This document shows positions 1 through 9,587 of a stretch of 64,000 nt of DNA, in pieces. The translations under genes and the position numbers were made by a program. The stretch is from contig CAYMYC010000001.1 in assembly GCA_964394645.1 (NCBI GenBank), positions 274,052 to 338,051 on the forward strand, in the 5' to 3' direction. The first letter of the stretch is position 1; the number at the start of each line of letters is the position of its first letter. The notes under the pieces were generated by a model that was not told the origin of the DNA, searched no databases, and saw only the letters and a program-made list of their open reading frames with translations. Source of the stretch: an uncultured Gammaproteobacteria bacterium. GTDB lineage: Bacteria > Patescibacteriota > Microgenomatia > Levybacterales > GWA1-39-11.

Positions 1-36
1 TAAGTAATTGAATTGGTATAATAGGTCTTAGTAAAT

Positions 37-576
37 ATGGGAAAAGATCTTACAAAAATACTTTCAGATGAAGAGTCGCAACTATTATTTAAAGGTCATA
101 GGGAGAAATTTGAGTTTCTTTTAAAAGAAATTGAGAAGTTAAAGGATCCCAAAAACCCTGAGATTTTAACTTTTGCGGCATTTCTCATCGAAATTCAAGA
201 AATTGAATTCCACTTGATGAACCTTATTATAATGGTTAGATCGTCTATGCCAAGAAAACCAGGAGTTGACGTTCGTGAAGACAAAGACACGTATGATATG
301 ACATTGGGACAGATGAAGAATGAGCTTGATAAGTTTGAGGCGCCCTTTTTAGATAATTTAAAAAAATCATTGAGTGAGTTAAACAAGTTACGAAGAAGGT
401 ACGCTCATCATTTATTTAGCGGATTAGATAGTTGGGATAAAGTAATGGATGATGCAAGAAGAGGAATTAAATTGAACGACCAAGTGTTATTGGATATATC
501 TTTAGCCGATAAATACATTAGTGAAAATACAGAGATTGGAAAATTGTTTAATAAGAAAATTGCTGAAAAGCCGTAA
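37..576 (+). CDS. Putative HEPN-like helical protein
   Basis: All-alpha 179 aa with N-terminal QEIEFHL helix, MTLGQM motif and RRRYAH (Rx4H), the HEPN RNase signature; TGGTATAAT at 14-22. Confidence 0.5.
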   Translation: MGKDLTKILSDEESQLLFKGHREKFEFLLKEIEKLKDPKNPEILTFAAFLIEIQEIEFHLMNLIIMVRSSMPRKPGVDVREDKDTYDMTLGQMKNELDKFEAPFLDNLKKSLSELNKLRRRYAHHLFSGLDSWDKVMDDARRGIKLNDQVLLDISLADKYISENTEIGKLFNKKIAEKP

Positions 577-599
577 TTCAAAAATAATCGTAATACCAA

Positions 600-625
600 A
601 GATTTTGTAATGTATTACAAAATCT
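600..625. promoter_or_regulatory. 12-bp perfect inverted repeat (operator or hairpin)
   Basis: AGATTTTGTAAT-gt-ATTACAAAATCT, upstream of the extended -10 TGcTATAAT at 653-661. Confidence 0.5.
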
Positions 626-667
626 CCTAACTAATACTATGAGTCTGATTTATGCTATAATTAACTC

Positions 668-1408
668 ATGAGTACGGATAGTAAAAAGAAATGGTACAAA
701 ACTTGGTGGGGAATTCTTGCAATTATCTTCCTATTTCCTCTCTTTTTGATGTATTTTGCTTCTCGTTTTATTTGGCAACAAAAATGGGAGAAAAAGTACC
801 GCATTATGGCAATTGTTGCCTTGTGGGCAGTTGTACTAATTGGAGGGTCTTTAAATAATGCACAAACACCAAAGTATCAGCCAGTAACTTCACAAGGTTC
901 TTGTATTGGTCCTGACGGTAAACAAATAGGATTAAGTCCTGAGGAGTGTCAGAAGTTTAATAATTCATGGAGGGATCAGCAAGGGGGAACTACCTCAAAC
1001 AACGTTACTCAACCTACTGTAGCTCCTACAAGTACTCCTAAACCAGTTGAAAAGTATGAGATTGTAGTTACTAGTCAAATTGTTAAAAAGGTTGATGGTA
1101 AACACCGCTACTTCTTTGATATACGCAACAAAGACACAAAACCGTTCGAGGGAAACGTAACAATCTCTCTTTTTACGAGCAAGCTTAGTAATCCAATTGC
1201 TGGAGATACCTTCAACACAACCAAAGCTATAGAGCCTGAACTTGGTACATCAGTCTTTACTGACGCAAACACTGGCCCTCAAAGTGTCCACGGCGAAAAC
1301 GGCATTACGAAGTTCAAATATGTAGTCAAAAAAGGTGATAAAACTGTAAAGAGTGGCGAGGGTACAATTACTGATAAGTTTGAAAATATAGAAGCGTATG
1401 ATCTTTAA
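668..1408 (+). CDS. Membrane-anchored hypothetical protein
   Basis: Two N-terminal hydrophobic helices (KKWYKTWWG...), Cys-pair segment, P/T-rich linker, beta-rich C-terminal domain. Confidence 0.75.
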   Translation: MSTDSKKKWYKTWWGILAIIFLFPLFLMYFASRFIWQQKWEKKYRIMAIVALWAVVLIGGSLNNAQTPKYQPVTSQGSCIGPDGKQIGLSPEECQKFNNSWRDQQGGTTSNNVTQPTVAPTSTPKPVEKYEIVVTSQIVKKVDGKHRYFFDIRNKDTKPFEGNVTISLFTSKLSNPIAGDTFNTTKAIEPELGTSVFTDANTGPQSVHGENGITKFKYVVKKGDKTVKSGEGTITDKFENIEAYDL

Positions 1409-1599
1409 TCTATCCTTCTTTTACCTCTATCACTTTTAAGTATTCTCATCTCTGTATCTAGATCCTTTTCAAAGTCATCCAGTCCTTATTTTATTACATA
1501 ACAAAATGTTGGTAAATTTCATAAATTCTCATAGAATTTTATAATTTATATCCTGTAAAGTGTAAATTTGTAGCTAAAATGATACAATCAGTATTAATT

Positions 1600-3900
1600 A
1601 TGACGAAATTACCTTTTAAAGTATCCGCTAGAACAGCAAGGCTAATTGGTCGAGAGAACGTCAGTAACGCTGATGGAGCACTAATAGAACTTATTAAGAA
1701 CGCCTATGACGCAGATGCTACTCAGGTATCTGTGATATTTGATGGTGATGATTTGTTTATTATCGATAATGGTCACGGTATGACGGAAGAAATAATTCGG
1801 AATTCATGGATGACCATTGGAACCAATAATAAAGAGCTTGAGCCTTACTCACCTGATCATAGAATAAAGGCAGGGGCAAAAGGGATTGGCAGATTTGCGC
1901 TAGATAGACTTGGTAAAACAGTTGAGATGTTCACTCTACCGAAAGGACAAACTACAGGATTTTTGTGGACTGTAGATTGGAGTGATTTTGAAAAAAGTAG
2001 TGCAACAGTAAATGATGTCAATGCAAATCTAGAAGAGATAGTAAAGCTAAACATAGATCAAAAATTGCCTCATAAAATACTGGATGATCGAAAAATTAAG
2101 CTGAAATTTCCAGACGGTGGAACAATACTTAAGATATCAGCATTACGAGACCCGTGGACAAAAGAAGCGCTTTATGGGCTTTTCAGAGGGATGGAATCAT
2201 TAGTTCCTGTTTTAGAAGATGATTCTTTTTCTATAATTTTACTTTCATCTAGGTATAACGATGAATTTGGAGCAGTTAAGCCTTTAATAAATGATGATTA
2301 TGACTATAAAATGCAGGCAAAATATGACTCAGAAATTGGTAAGGTCTCAATAAAAATTGAACGAAACGAATTTGATTTATCTCAAATCGAAAAGAAATTT
2401 GCGGGTGTGTTTGATAATCCTTTAATGAAGGACTTTCCTTATGACTTAACTACTTTCAAAAAAGGTGAATTTACACAGATTTATACTACACAGGAAATAA
2501 TGAAAGGATCCGAAGATTTAAGTACTCCTTTAAAGATGATAGGAGATTTCATTTTCACGCTTTCTTTTGCAAAAAACACATCTCCAGAAAAAGACTCTGG
2601 AAAGTATCCGTATAAAAACGCGAACTATAAACTGAGAAGCGATTGGTTGAAAAAATTTGGAGGAATAAAAATATATAGAGATAACTTTAGGGTTAGACCA
2701 TATGGGGAATCTGGGGAAGATTGGCTAAAATTAGGAGAAAGGGCTGCTCAAAGTCCAGCTGGTCCCGGTCAAGGTCTAGGAGGGTACAAAATTAGACCAA
2801 ACCAAGTCGTAGGATCAATTGCCATATCACGCATACACAATAAGGGGTTAGAAGATAAATCAAGCAGAGAAGGGATTGTTGAAAATGAAGTATTTAATGC
2901 GTTCAAAGAACTGATTTTGAAAATAATTTCAGTATTAGAAAAAGATCGCAATACTATTTTTGTCTCCTTTTCTAAACTTTACGAACAGACAAGTGAAAAT
3001 GAAAGGATAAAAAGAGAAGCTCAAGAAGCTGCTGCTAGAATAGCTGAAAAGATAAAAAAAGATAACGGAACTCCACCTTTCTTTGAAGATCCAGATTTAA
3101 AGGACGATGCTGCAAAAGTTACGAAGGCTTTTAAGGTTTTAGAAGATGAAATTGTAGAAAAAAACGAAGAGAATAAAATACTTAGAAGCTTAGCAAGTGC
3201 TGGATTAATAACAGCAGCCGTTACACATGAACTACGAGGACTAGAAAATGTACTACTAACAAGAAATGATGAACTGAGAGGGCTTATTAAGCCGTACATA
3301 AAAGATGATCAGCTTAAAGAGGTTAATGCTGCCTATAATCCCTTTGTTTTATTAGATGAAATGAAGAAAACAGATACTGACCTTCATGAATGGATAAGTT
3401 ATGCCTTAACTCCACTTAAGAAAGATAAGCGAGATAAAAAAATAATAGTTTTGAGGAATTATTTTGAAGACTTGTATAGCATGTGGAAATATATACTAAA
3501 CGAAAGAAAAATATCTTTTGCTTGTGATAACTTTGATGAGAAATTTGCAATAACAGCATATCTAATAGATCTAGATACTATTTTTAACAATTTAATAATT
3601 AATTCAATAGAATCTTTTTCAAAAAAGAAAGATAGTCATGAAAGAAGTATCAAGATTTCATGTGTAAAAGATAAGGAATACTACAAAATAACGTACTCTG
3701 ATAATGGTATTGGACTTCACAGTACATATAGTAAAAACCCAAATGATATATTCGCTGCTCAAGAGACTACAAAAAAAGACGGTACTGGTATGGGTATGTA
3801 TTTGGTTAAAAGTGTTGTAGACGAAAATAAGGGAAAAATTAATTTATTGTCTCCAAAAGAAGGATTTTCTCTATCTATATCTATGCCTATTAAGGAATAA
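1600..3900 (+). CDS. MORC/HSP90-like GHKL ATPase fused to a C-terminal histidine kinase
   Basis: N-terminal ELIKNAYDADA, DNGHGM, GAKGIGRFA; C-terminal H-box VTHELR, N-box NNLIINSIE, G1 DNGIGL, G2 GTGMGMY; no TM segment. Start could be 1579. Confidence 0.9.
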   Translation: MTKLPFKVSARTARLIGRENVSNADGALIELIKNAYDADATQVSVIFDGDDLFIIDNGHGMTEEIIRNSWMTIGTNNKELEPYSPDHRIKAGAKGIGRFALDRLGKTVEMFTLPKGQTTGFLWTVDWSDFEKSSATVNDVNANLEEIVKLNIDQKLPHKILDDRKIKLKFPDGGTILKISALRDPWTKEALYGLFRGMESLVPVLEDDSFSIILLSSRYNDEFGAVKPLINDDYDYKMQAKYDSEIGKVSIKIERNEFDLSQIEKKFAGVFDNPLMKDFPYDLTTFKKGEFTQIYTTQEIMKGSEDLSTPLKMIGDFIFTLSFAKNTSPEKDSGKYPYKNANYKLRSDWLKKFGGIKIYRDNFRVRPYGESGEDWLKLGERAAQSPAGPGQGLGGYKIRPNQVVGSIAISRIHNKGLEDKSSREGIVENEVFNAFKELILKIISVLEKDRNTIFVSFSKLYEQTSENERIKREAQEAAARIAEKIKKDNGTPPFFEDPDLKDDAAKVTKAFKVLEDEIVEKNEENKILRSLASAGLITAAVTHELRGLENVLLTRNDELRGLIKPYIKDDQLKEVNAAYNPFVLLDEMKKTDTDLHEWISYALTPLKKDKRDKKIIVLRNYFEDLYSMWKYILNERKISFACDNFDEKFAITAYLIDLDTIFNNLIINSIESFSKKKDSHERSIKISCVKDKEYYKITYSDNGIGLHSTYSKNPNDIFAAQETTKKDGTGMGMYLVKSVVDENKGKINLLSPKEGFSLSISMPIKE

Positions 3901-3903
3901 ATT

Positions 3904-4551
3904 ATGATGTACAAAATTTTTTATATTGATGAAGATAAAGCGGCAGTACACAGATTAACAAGATCTCTTGGCACTGATTTTGAAATTATAGAAGGCTTTT
4001 CGGATGGTATTACCCTTGAAACACTTACCCCCATATTAGACGAAAAGGACTTTGATTTTTTGCTAGTTGATTCAAACTTAAATGAGAAAAGTGGTTGCGG
4101 ATTTAACGGCGAAGATGTGATTGGGTATTTCACAAAGAAATTTCCTCACTTTCCTGTCATGCTCTTCACTAACTATGATGATCAGGTCGTATCAGAGATC
4201 GAAAATTTTGACATTAACAAAATTTACAGTAAACGAGAGTTGATAGAAGAGGAAGCGAAGAATGTATTTATAATGAGAATCAATAGAATTATTAATGAGT
4301 ATAAGCTATCAGTAGAAGCAGCTGAAAGAAAAATAGTAGAGTTAGTTGAAAAAAATAAATCGGGGAAAACATTAACAGCTATTGAAGAGCAGGAGCTCAT
4401 TCAGCTAGATGCATACCTGGATGAAGTACAGGATGCAGATGTCACCCGCATCCCAGAACAAATAAAAGCATCAAATGCAAATAAAATAGATGAGCTATTA
4501 AGTAAAACTGACAACTTAATTGAGAGACTTCAAAAGTATGAGAGTATTTAG
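3904..4551 (+). CDS. Response-regulator receiver protein with helical C-terminus
   Basis: IFYIDED, LLVDSNL (phospho-Asp), MLFT, YSK motifs; directly follows the kinase. Confidence 0.85.
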   Translation: MMYKIFYIDEDKAAVHRLTRSLGTDFEIIEGFSDGITLETLTPILDEKDFDFLLVDSNLNEKSGCGFNGEDVIGYFTKKFPHFPVMLFTNYDDQVVSEIENFDINKIYSKRELIEEEAKNVFIMRINRIINEYKLSVEAAERKIVELVEKNKSGKTLTAIEEQELIQLDAYLDEVQDADVTRIPEQIKASNANKIDELLSKTDNLIERLQKYESI

Positions 4552-5179
4552 ATCTAAACATCCAAAACGAACTTATTCGGGTACTCCAAAAAAACATTAT
4601 TCTGAATACAGAGAAGAATTGAGAAGTGATTTTAACGGAAGGTGTGCATATACAGATTGCGTAGATGTATGGTGGGGGGATGGATTTCACGTTGATCATT
4701 TTGCTCCAAAAAAACCGGATATCGCTGATCCTGATAAACTCAAAAAATTTAAAGAAAGAGAACATTTATACACTAATCTTGTATACGCATGCCCTCAAGT
4801 TAACCGAGCAAAAAGCAATGATTGGGTTTCTGATGATCCAGATATAGCATTTCTGGCAGATAGAGGGTACTTAGACCCATGCGAGGTTGATTATAATGAT
4901 TACTTTGAAAGAACTGACGCAGGTGGAATTGTCCCAAAGGAAAATCCTGTAGCAAAATATATGTGGGTTACATTAAAACTGTACCTAAAAAGGTATGAAT
5001 TGTATTGGCGGATAGAACAAATTACTTTAAGACTGCAAAGACTAATTAAGTTAAGAGGGAATATATCTCTTCCAGCCCCTATTAAGGCAGAGATTGACGG
5101 AAGCATAGCAGACTTAACAGAGGAATATATGAGATACCTAAATTACTTAAATGTAAACTATTTACAGTTAGTCAGATAG
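4538..5179 (+). CDS. HNH endonuclease
   Basis: RCAYTDC, FHVDHFAPK, NLVYACPQVNRAKS; ATG at 4538 overlaps the end of the receiver gene. Confidence 0.85.
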   Translation: MRVFRSKHPKRTYSGTPKKHYSEYREELRSDFNGRCAYTDCVDVWWGDGFHVDHFAPKKPDIADPDKLKKFKEREHLYTNLVYACPQVNRAKSNDWVSDDPDIAFLADRGYLDPCEVDYNDYFERTDAGGIVPKENPVAKYMWVTLKLYLKRYELYWRIEQITLRLQRLIKLRGNISLPAPIKAEIDGSIADLTEEYMRYLNYLNVNYLQLVR

Positions 5180-5264
5180 ACTACCTCTATACACATTTTG
5201 CCTGCAGACAGGACATAACAATTGTTATACAATTTTACTTAGTACCCTTAGTAGAGCTCTAAAA

Positions 5265-6557
5265 ATGAAAAAATCTAACACTGTCCTAGATAATGGCTGG
5301 AAAGTAAAAATTGGATTCTATCCCACTCCTGATAATTTGGTAGATCAATTTGCGCAATATACTTTCGACTTCTATAAAGATCATAATTCTAACAATGAAA
5401 TAAAATTACTTGATTTGTTTGCTGGTGATGGACGTTTAGGTTATTCTGTAAAGAATTACTTTTCTCAAAATAAATATACCACTAAGCGTACATATCTTGA
5501 AATACAACAAGATGAAATAAGGAAAATTATACAAAAGGAAAAAAAAGCAACAATTATCAATGTAAATGCTTTTGAATGGAGACCTAACGAGAAATTTGAC
5601 TTAGTTGTTTCTAATCCCCCATATTTAATTTTGAATTCCCCTGAAGCAAAAAAACTAGGATTTGACTGGGAGTATGTTAAAAAACATGGTAGAAATCTAT
5701 ATACATTGGGTATTATAAAAGCTTTGGAGTTATGTAAAGAAGGTGGAATAGTAGCTGTAATATCTCCTTTTAGTTGGTTGCGAGGAGAATTTAGTCATGT
5801 ATTTAGAAAAGAGATAAATTCTTTATGCAAGGAGGTCTTAATTCGAGCTAACGATCATAGAACCATTTTTAAAGGGGTAAATCAGGACATTGGAATACAA
5901 TTTTTTGTAAAGCGCACACAGATGGATACGTCTATTACTAAATGGATGTTTGGTTATAACGGATTTGAACCCCAAAAGATTCCATTCAAAAGAATGGATG
6001 AGTTGAATGGACTTAAAATCAAATTAGATTCACGTATTATGGTAGGACCTGTGGTTTGGAATAGAAATAAGCAATATCTATCTAAGAAACTCTCAGGTAC
6101 GACGTTAGTTATTTATGGAGGGAATATAACCCATAGTGGAAAATTAGATATAAAAGTAGAACGATATAAAGAAAAACAATACATTGCTAACTCTGCTTTA
6201 CCAAAAACCTCACTTTTTGAGTCTCCTCTAATTTTAATTCGAAGAGTTATGCGAGGGATTCCTGGAAATTGGCAGATTGATTCTTGTCTTATTGAGAAAC
6301 CATTCAAATGCACAGTAGAAAATCACGTTATTGTTATAGAAATTCCGAGTGGGAAAATAGATTCTTACAAGCATTTCTATCAGAAGCTAATGAGTAAAAT
6401 AAAAGAGTATTATTATTTCTCTGGAAGCCCTTCAATTAGTGGTAAAGTAGTTAAACGATTAATAAGTGAACTTGAAAATGAATATAACTATGAAGTTAAG
6501 AAGATATTTGAAAAAAACAATATGACGGATGCATCATCAATGGACTTATTAATATAG
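5265..6557 (+). CDS. N6-adenine DNA methyltransferase (gamma class) with C-terminal target-recognition region
   Basis: GFYPTP, LLDLFAGDG (motif I) before NPPY (motif IV); TaqI-like C-terminal region. Confidence 0.85.
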   Translation: MKKSNTVLDNGWKVKIGFYPTPDNLVDQFAQYTFDFYKDHNSNNEIKLLDLFAGDGRLGYSVKNYFSQNKYTTKRTYLEIQQDEIRKIIQKEKKATIINVNAFEWRPNEKFDLVVSNPPYLILNSPEAKKLGFDWEYVKKHGRNLYTLGIIKALELCKEGGIVAVISPFSWLRGEFSHVFRKEINSLCKEVLIRANDHRTIFKGVNQDIGIQFFVKRTQMDTSITKWMFGYNGFEPQKIPFKRMDELNGLKIKLDSRIMVGPVVWNRNKQYLSKKLSGTTLVIYGGNITHSGKLDIKVERYKEKQYIANSALPKTSLFESPLILIRRVMRGIPGNWQIDSCLIEKPFKCTVENHVIVIEIPSGKIDSYKHFYQKLMSKIKEYYYFSGSPSISGKVVKRLISELENEYNYEVKKIFEKNNMTDASSMDLLI

Positions 6558-6709
6558 CAAGTACTCCGAAAACTATTTACATAAATGAAGCTATTCTTCT
6601 TGAAATGGACACAGTTTTAGGAGCAAAAATGCTTCTTTTAGAACTGCAACATATTTCATATCCTAGCCTAACGTTCCATAGTGCGATTTGACGTATCTAA
6701 AGTTAAGAC

Positions 6710-6738
6710 TTGACACAATGTGCGTAATTTATTAAAAT
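6710..6738 (+). promoter_or_regulatory. Sigma70 promoter for small ORF plus LSR1
   Basis: TTGACA (6710-6715), 17-nt spacer, TAAAAT (6733-6738); hairpin GCCAGCAA/TTGCTGGC at 6833-6857 just before the ATG. Confidence 0.7.
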
Positions 6739-6858
6739 CCCTAATCAACAAGATCCTACAAGGTTAGGAATTAATTATTTTGTGTATCTAGCTATATATA
6801 GACTAGGGCTTTAGAGGAAAACTCTTAGAAATGCCAGCAAACCACACAGTTGCTGGCT

Positions 6859-7017
6859 ATGAGTAAAAATTCAATAACATTAAAACAAGCCCGAAAACTC
6901 CTCGGAAAAATTGCAGAGAATATCTCAGACGAAGAACTAGAAAAAGAGATAAAAGTTGCAGAACTCCTCAAGGCTATTTATTTTAATACCGCTTTAGGTC
7001 AAAATAAAGGGAAATAA
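6859..7017 (+). CDS. 52-aa protein coupled to LSR1 (not in ORF track)
   Basis: MSKNSITLKQARKLLGKIAENISDEELEKEIKVAELLKAIYFNTALGQNKGK; TAATG overlap with the LSR1 start. Confidence 0.75.
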   Translation: MSKNSITLKQARKLLGKIAENISDEELEKEIKVAELLKAIYFNTALGQNKGK

Positions 7018-8573
7018 TGGAAAAGATTGCATCAACTATTCAAAAACTTAGAGCTGTCATTTATATTCGGGTTTCCGACCAGAGCCAGATTGATAACAAT
7101 AGTCTTGAAACTCAACTCAAGGCTTGTAATACTTTTGCAGAAAGTAACAGTTATGAAGTAGTCAAGGTATTTAGAGAAGAAGGTGTATCAGCAAAGCATA
7201 CCCATAATCGTCCTCAAATGCGTGAGCTTCTTGAATTTTGCACCTTAAAGAAAAATAGAGTTTCTGGAGTTATAGTCTACAAGATGGATAGATGGTCAAG
7301 AAACGTAGAGGAAGGACTCCTGGCAGAGTCTCTCCTTGCAAAATATGGTGTAGCAATTCTTCCAGCAACTGAAATAACAGAACAAAACCCAATAGGCAGA
7401 GCAGTAAGAACAATCTTAATGACAATGGGGCAGTTGGATAATGAATTAAAGGGTGCAAGAGTTAAGGACAATATGCAAGCAATGTTTCGTAAGGGCTTTT
7501 GGTGTTGGAAACCCCGTATGGGATACAAACGACCCTTCAAAACAAAAGAAGAAAATAAAGGTAAGCCCATGATATTTGATGGGAAGTTAAGTGAAATTAT
7601 TAGGGCATTATTTATAAAAGCGGCAGAAGCACCAGTTAGTAAAAAATACTTAGCTGACTATATAAATAAACTAGGATTTAAATCTGCATATGGTAAAGAA
7701 GCTGATGGAAGAACAGTATCAAGAATACTGAAAGACACTTTTTATTATGGATATATGTACGGCAAGAAATGGAATGAGTATGCGTGGGGAAAGCATAAAT
7801 CTTTAACAGATCAACCTACATGGGAAAGAGCTAGCTTAAATGTATTTGGGAGAAAAGGTAAATACAAACACCAAGATAGTGCGTTGTACGTATTAAAGGG
7901 GAGCTTAAAGTGTTCTAGTTGCGATAATCCATTAACTACGAGCAATCCAAGAGGAACAAGTAGAAATTACCTTTATTATGAATGTCATAACAGCCGTTGT
8001 GACAAGAAAATGAGAATAGGATTAGACGTAGCACATAGTGAGTTTGTTGAGATATTAAAATCAATTAGACCATCAGAACGAGTCTTAAGAATTTTCAGCC
8101 ATTTAGTTTTTACTGAATGGGATAAAAGTATTGCCGACAAAAAGCGTGAGGCAGATTTGCTAGACAGCCAAATAAAAAACTTGGAAGGAAAGTTAACCGC
8201 AATCGCAGAAAGTAACGCTAAAGGTATTCTCACAGACAAGGAAGCACAAGTAGGTGCTGAGAGTATTAGAAAAGATGTTACTATTTTCAGAATTGAGCGT
8301 GCCGATATTCGAATAGAACAATATAGTGAAGAGGCTGTTAGAAATTTCGTAGAAAACTTTTTAGTTCATTTGGATAAGTTGTGGATGCAAATCGAGTTGT
8401 CACACAAACAAGCGTTACAAAGTGAGATATTTCCTGATGGTTTAGTTGCCGAAAACAGAAAAATTCGAATTGTTAATTTAGCAAGTACCTTCAAGCTAAT
8501 TCAGACATTAGGAGATGAGAATGTTGATTTGGTGAGCCAAACGGGTTTGGAACCAGATAGGCCTTATAACTGA
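7017..8573 (+). CDS. Large serine recombinase LSR1
   Basis: YIRVS catalytic Ser, VYKMDRWSRN, recombinase domain, zinc ribbon CSSC...YYECHNSRC, coiled coil. Confidence 0.95.
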   Translation: MEKIASTIQKLRAVIYIRVSDQSQIDNNSLETQLKACNTFAESNSYEVVKVFREEGVSAKHTHNRPQMRELLEFCTLKKNRVSGVIVYKMDRWSRNVEEGLLAESLLAKYGVAILPATEITEQNPIGRAVRTILMTMGQLDNELKGARVKDNMQAMFRKGFWCWKPRMGYKRPFKTKEENKGKPMIFDGKLSEIIRALFIKAAEAPVSKKYLADYINKLGFKSAYGKEADGRTVSRILKDTFYYGYMYGKKWNEYAWGKHKSLTDQPTWERASLNVFGRKGKYKHQDSALYVLKGSLKCSSCDNPLTTSNPRGTSRNYLYYECHNSRCDKKMRIGLDVAHSEFVEILKSIRPSERVLRIFSHLVFTEWDKSIADKKREADLLDSQIKNLEGKLTAIAESNAKGILTDKEAQVGAESIRKDVTIFRIERADIRIEQYSEEAVRNFVENFLVHLDKLWMQIELSHKQALQSEIFPDGLVAENRKIRIVNLASTFKLIQTLGDENVDLVSQTGLEPDRPYN

Positions 8574-8740
8574 CATTTTACATCCTTATAGCACCCCAGA
8601 GCAAATGTCTCACACCTGTGGCTAAATAAGACAAATGAGACAGTATAAAAAGGAATGTTCCAAAATCTTCTGACATAGTTTGATATAGTCCTTAGTTTTC
8701 CAGGGTAAATATTGTAAAATTGGGTGATTCTGCCTGATTT

Positions 8741-9313
8741 ATGGCAGAGGTAAAGACTCGTTTAACATTAAAGAAAATAAGGCTTGTCCTATTTACTCGT
8801 TCCTATGCGAACTATCGCGTATCTCAGGAGATAAAAAGGAAATATAAACTAGATAATAAATTAACACCTAAAGAATTGCGAATGAATTACTTCAAGAAAA
8901 GAGCAATACCGGAAATAGCAAGACTGTCCCATGCGCTAAATCTTGCCTACAACCCCTTATGGGGGTCATTACTTCTCAATAAAACTCCGCCACTTAATAA
9001 GAAAATGCCGGATAGTGAGAAAATAAAGGCATATCTTGCGATTGAACGTGAATTAATCCTACTTTCAGAAACAAAAAAGAACAAATCAAGCCAATTTTTT
9101 GATCCAGATTATGATCAGGAATTTGCGATACTTTCAGTTGCAATTGAAAGAGCTGTAGGAAATAAACTTATAGATATTGAGGACGATTCTGCATTTGGAC
9201 ATCAACAAGAAATCCTACAAAAACTATACTTAAGATGGTATTACAAAGTGGCGTGGAAGTATAAGCTCCCGACTACGAGAATAGTACCATTTGTAATTAG
9301 ATTAATTAGCTGA
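8741..9313 (+). CDS. Hypothetical protein
   Basis: 190-aa basic helical ORF, no motif recognised. Confidence 0.65.
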   Translation: MAEVKTRLTLKKIRLVLFTRSYANYRVSQEIKRKYKLDNKLTPKELRMNYFKKRAIPEIARLSHALNLAYNPLWGSLLLNKTPPLNKKMPDSEKIKAYLAIERELILLSETKKNKSSQFFDPDYDQEFAILSVAIERAVGNKLIDIEDDSAFGHQQEILQKLYLRWYYKVAWKYKLPTTRIVPFVIRLIS

Positions 9314-9577
9314 TTCCCAGAATTCGTATTCTGAACCATCCTTAAAGTTTTTATCGTCAATCATTCTTTTAACCCTGACTAAACCTTTTTGCTCTAAGGA
9401 ATCAGTAACGTTTGTAGTCATTGATCTTGCTTCAGTTCCAGATATTTTTTCCCAAACACTAAAGACTTTCTGGTCGTCTTTCCAAACTCCCAGAAATACT
9501 TGAGTATTATCGCCGGTCTTTGGTTGAGGATGAATCTCAATCCTATATTCTTTATAATTTTCTTCTTTCAATTTCAC
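9302..9577 (-). CDS. Hypothetical protein
   Basis: 91 aa, GTG start preceded by AGGAGG; last gene of a minus-strand string. Confidence 0.7.
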   Translation of the reverse strand: MKLKEENYKEYRIEIHPQPKTGDNTQVFLGVWKDDQKVFSVWEKISGTEARSMTTNVTDSLEQKGLVRVKRMIDDKNFKDGSEYEFWESAN

Positions 9578-9587
9578 ACACCTCCTT

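Larger units (their letters stand above)
1..8546. mobile_element. Integrative element E1 (left end outside window)
   Basis: Defence-type cargo ending in LSR1, whose 3' end runs into a tRNA-3'-end-like sequence at 8528-8554. Confidence 0.55.

Noticed and set aside
8528-8600. A second functional tRNA at the LSR1 end
   Set aside because: Only the acceptor and T-arm side resemble a tRNA; no anticodon or D arm can be folded.
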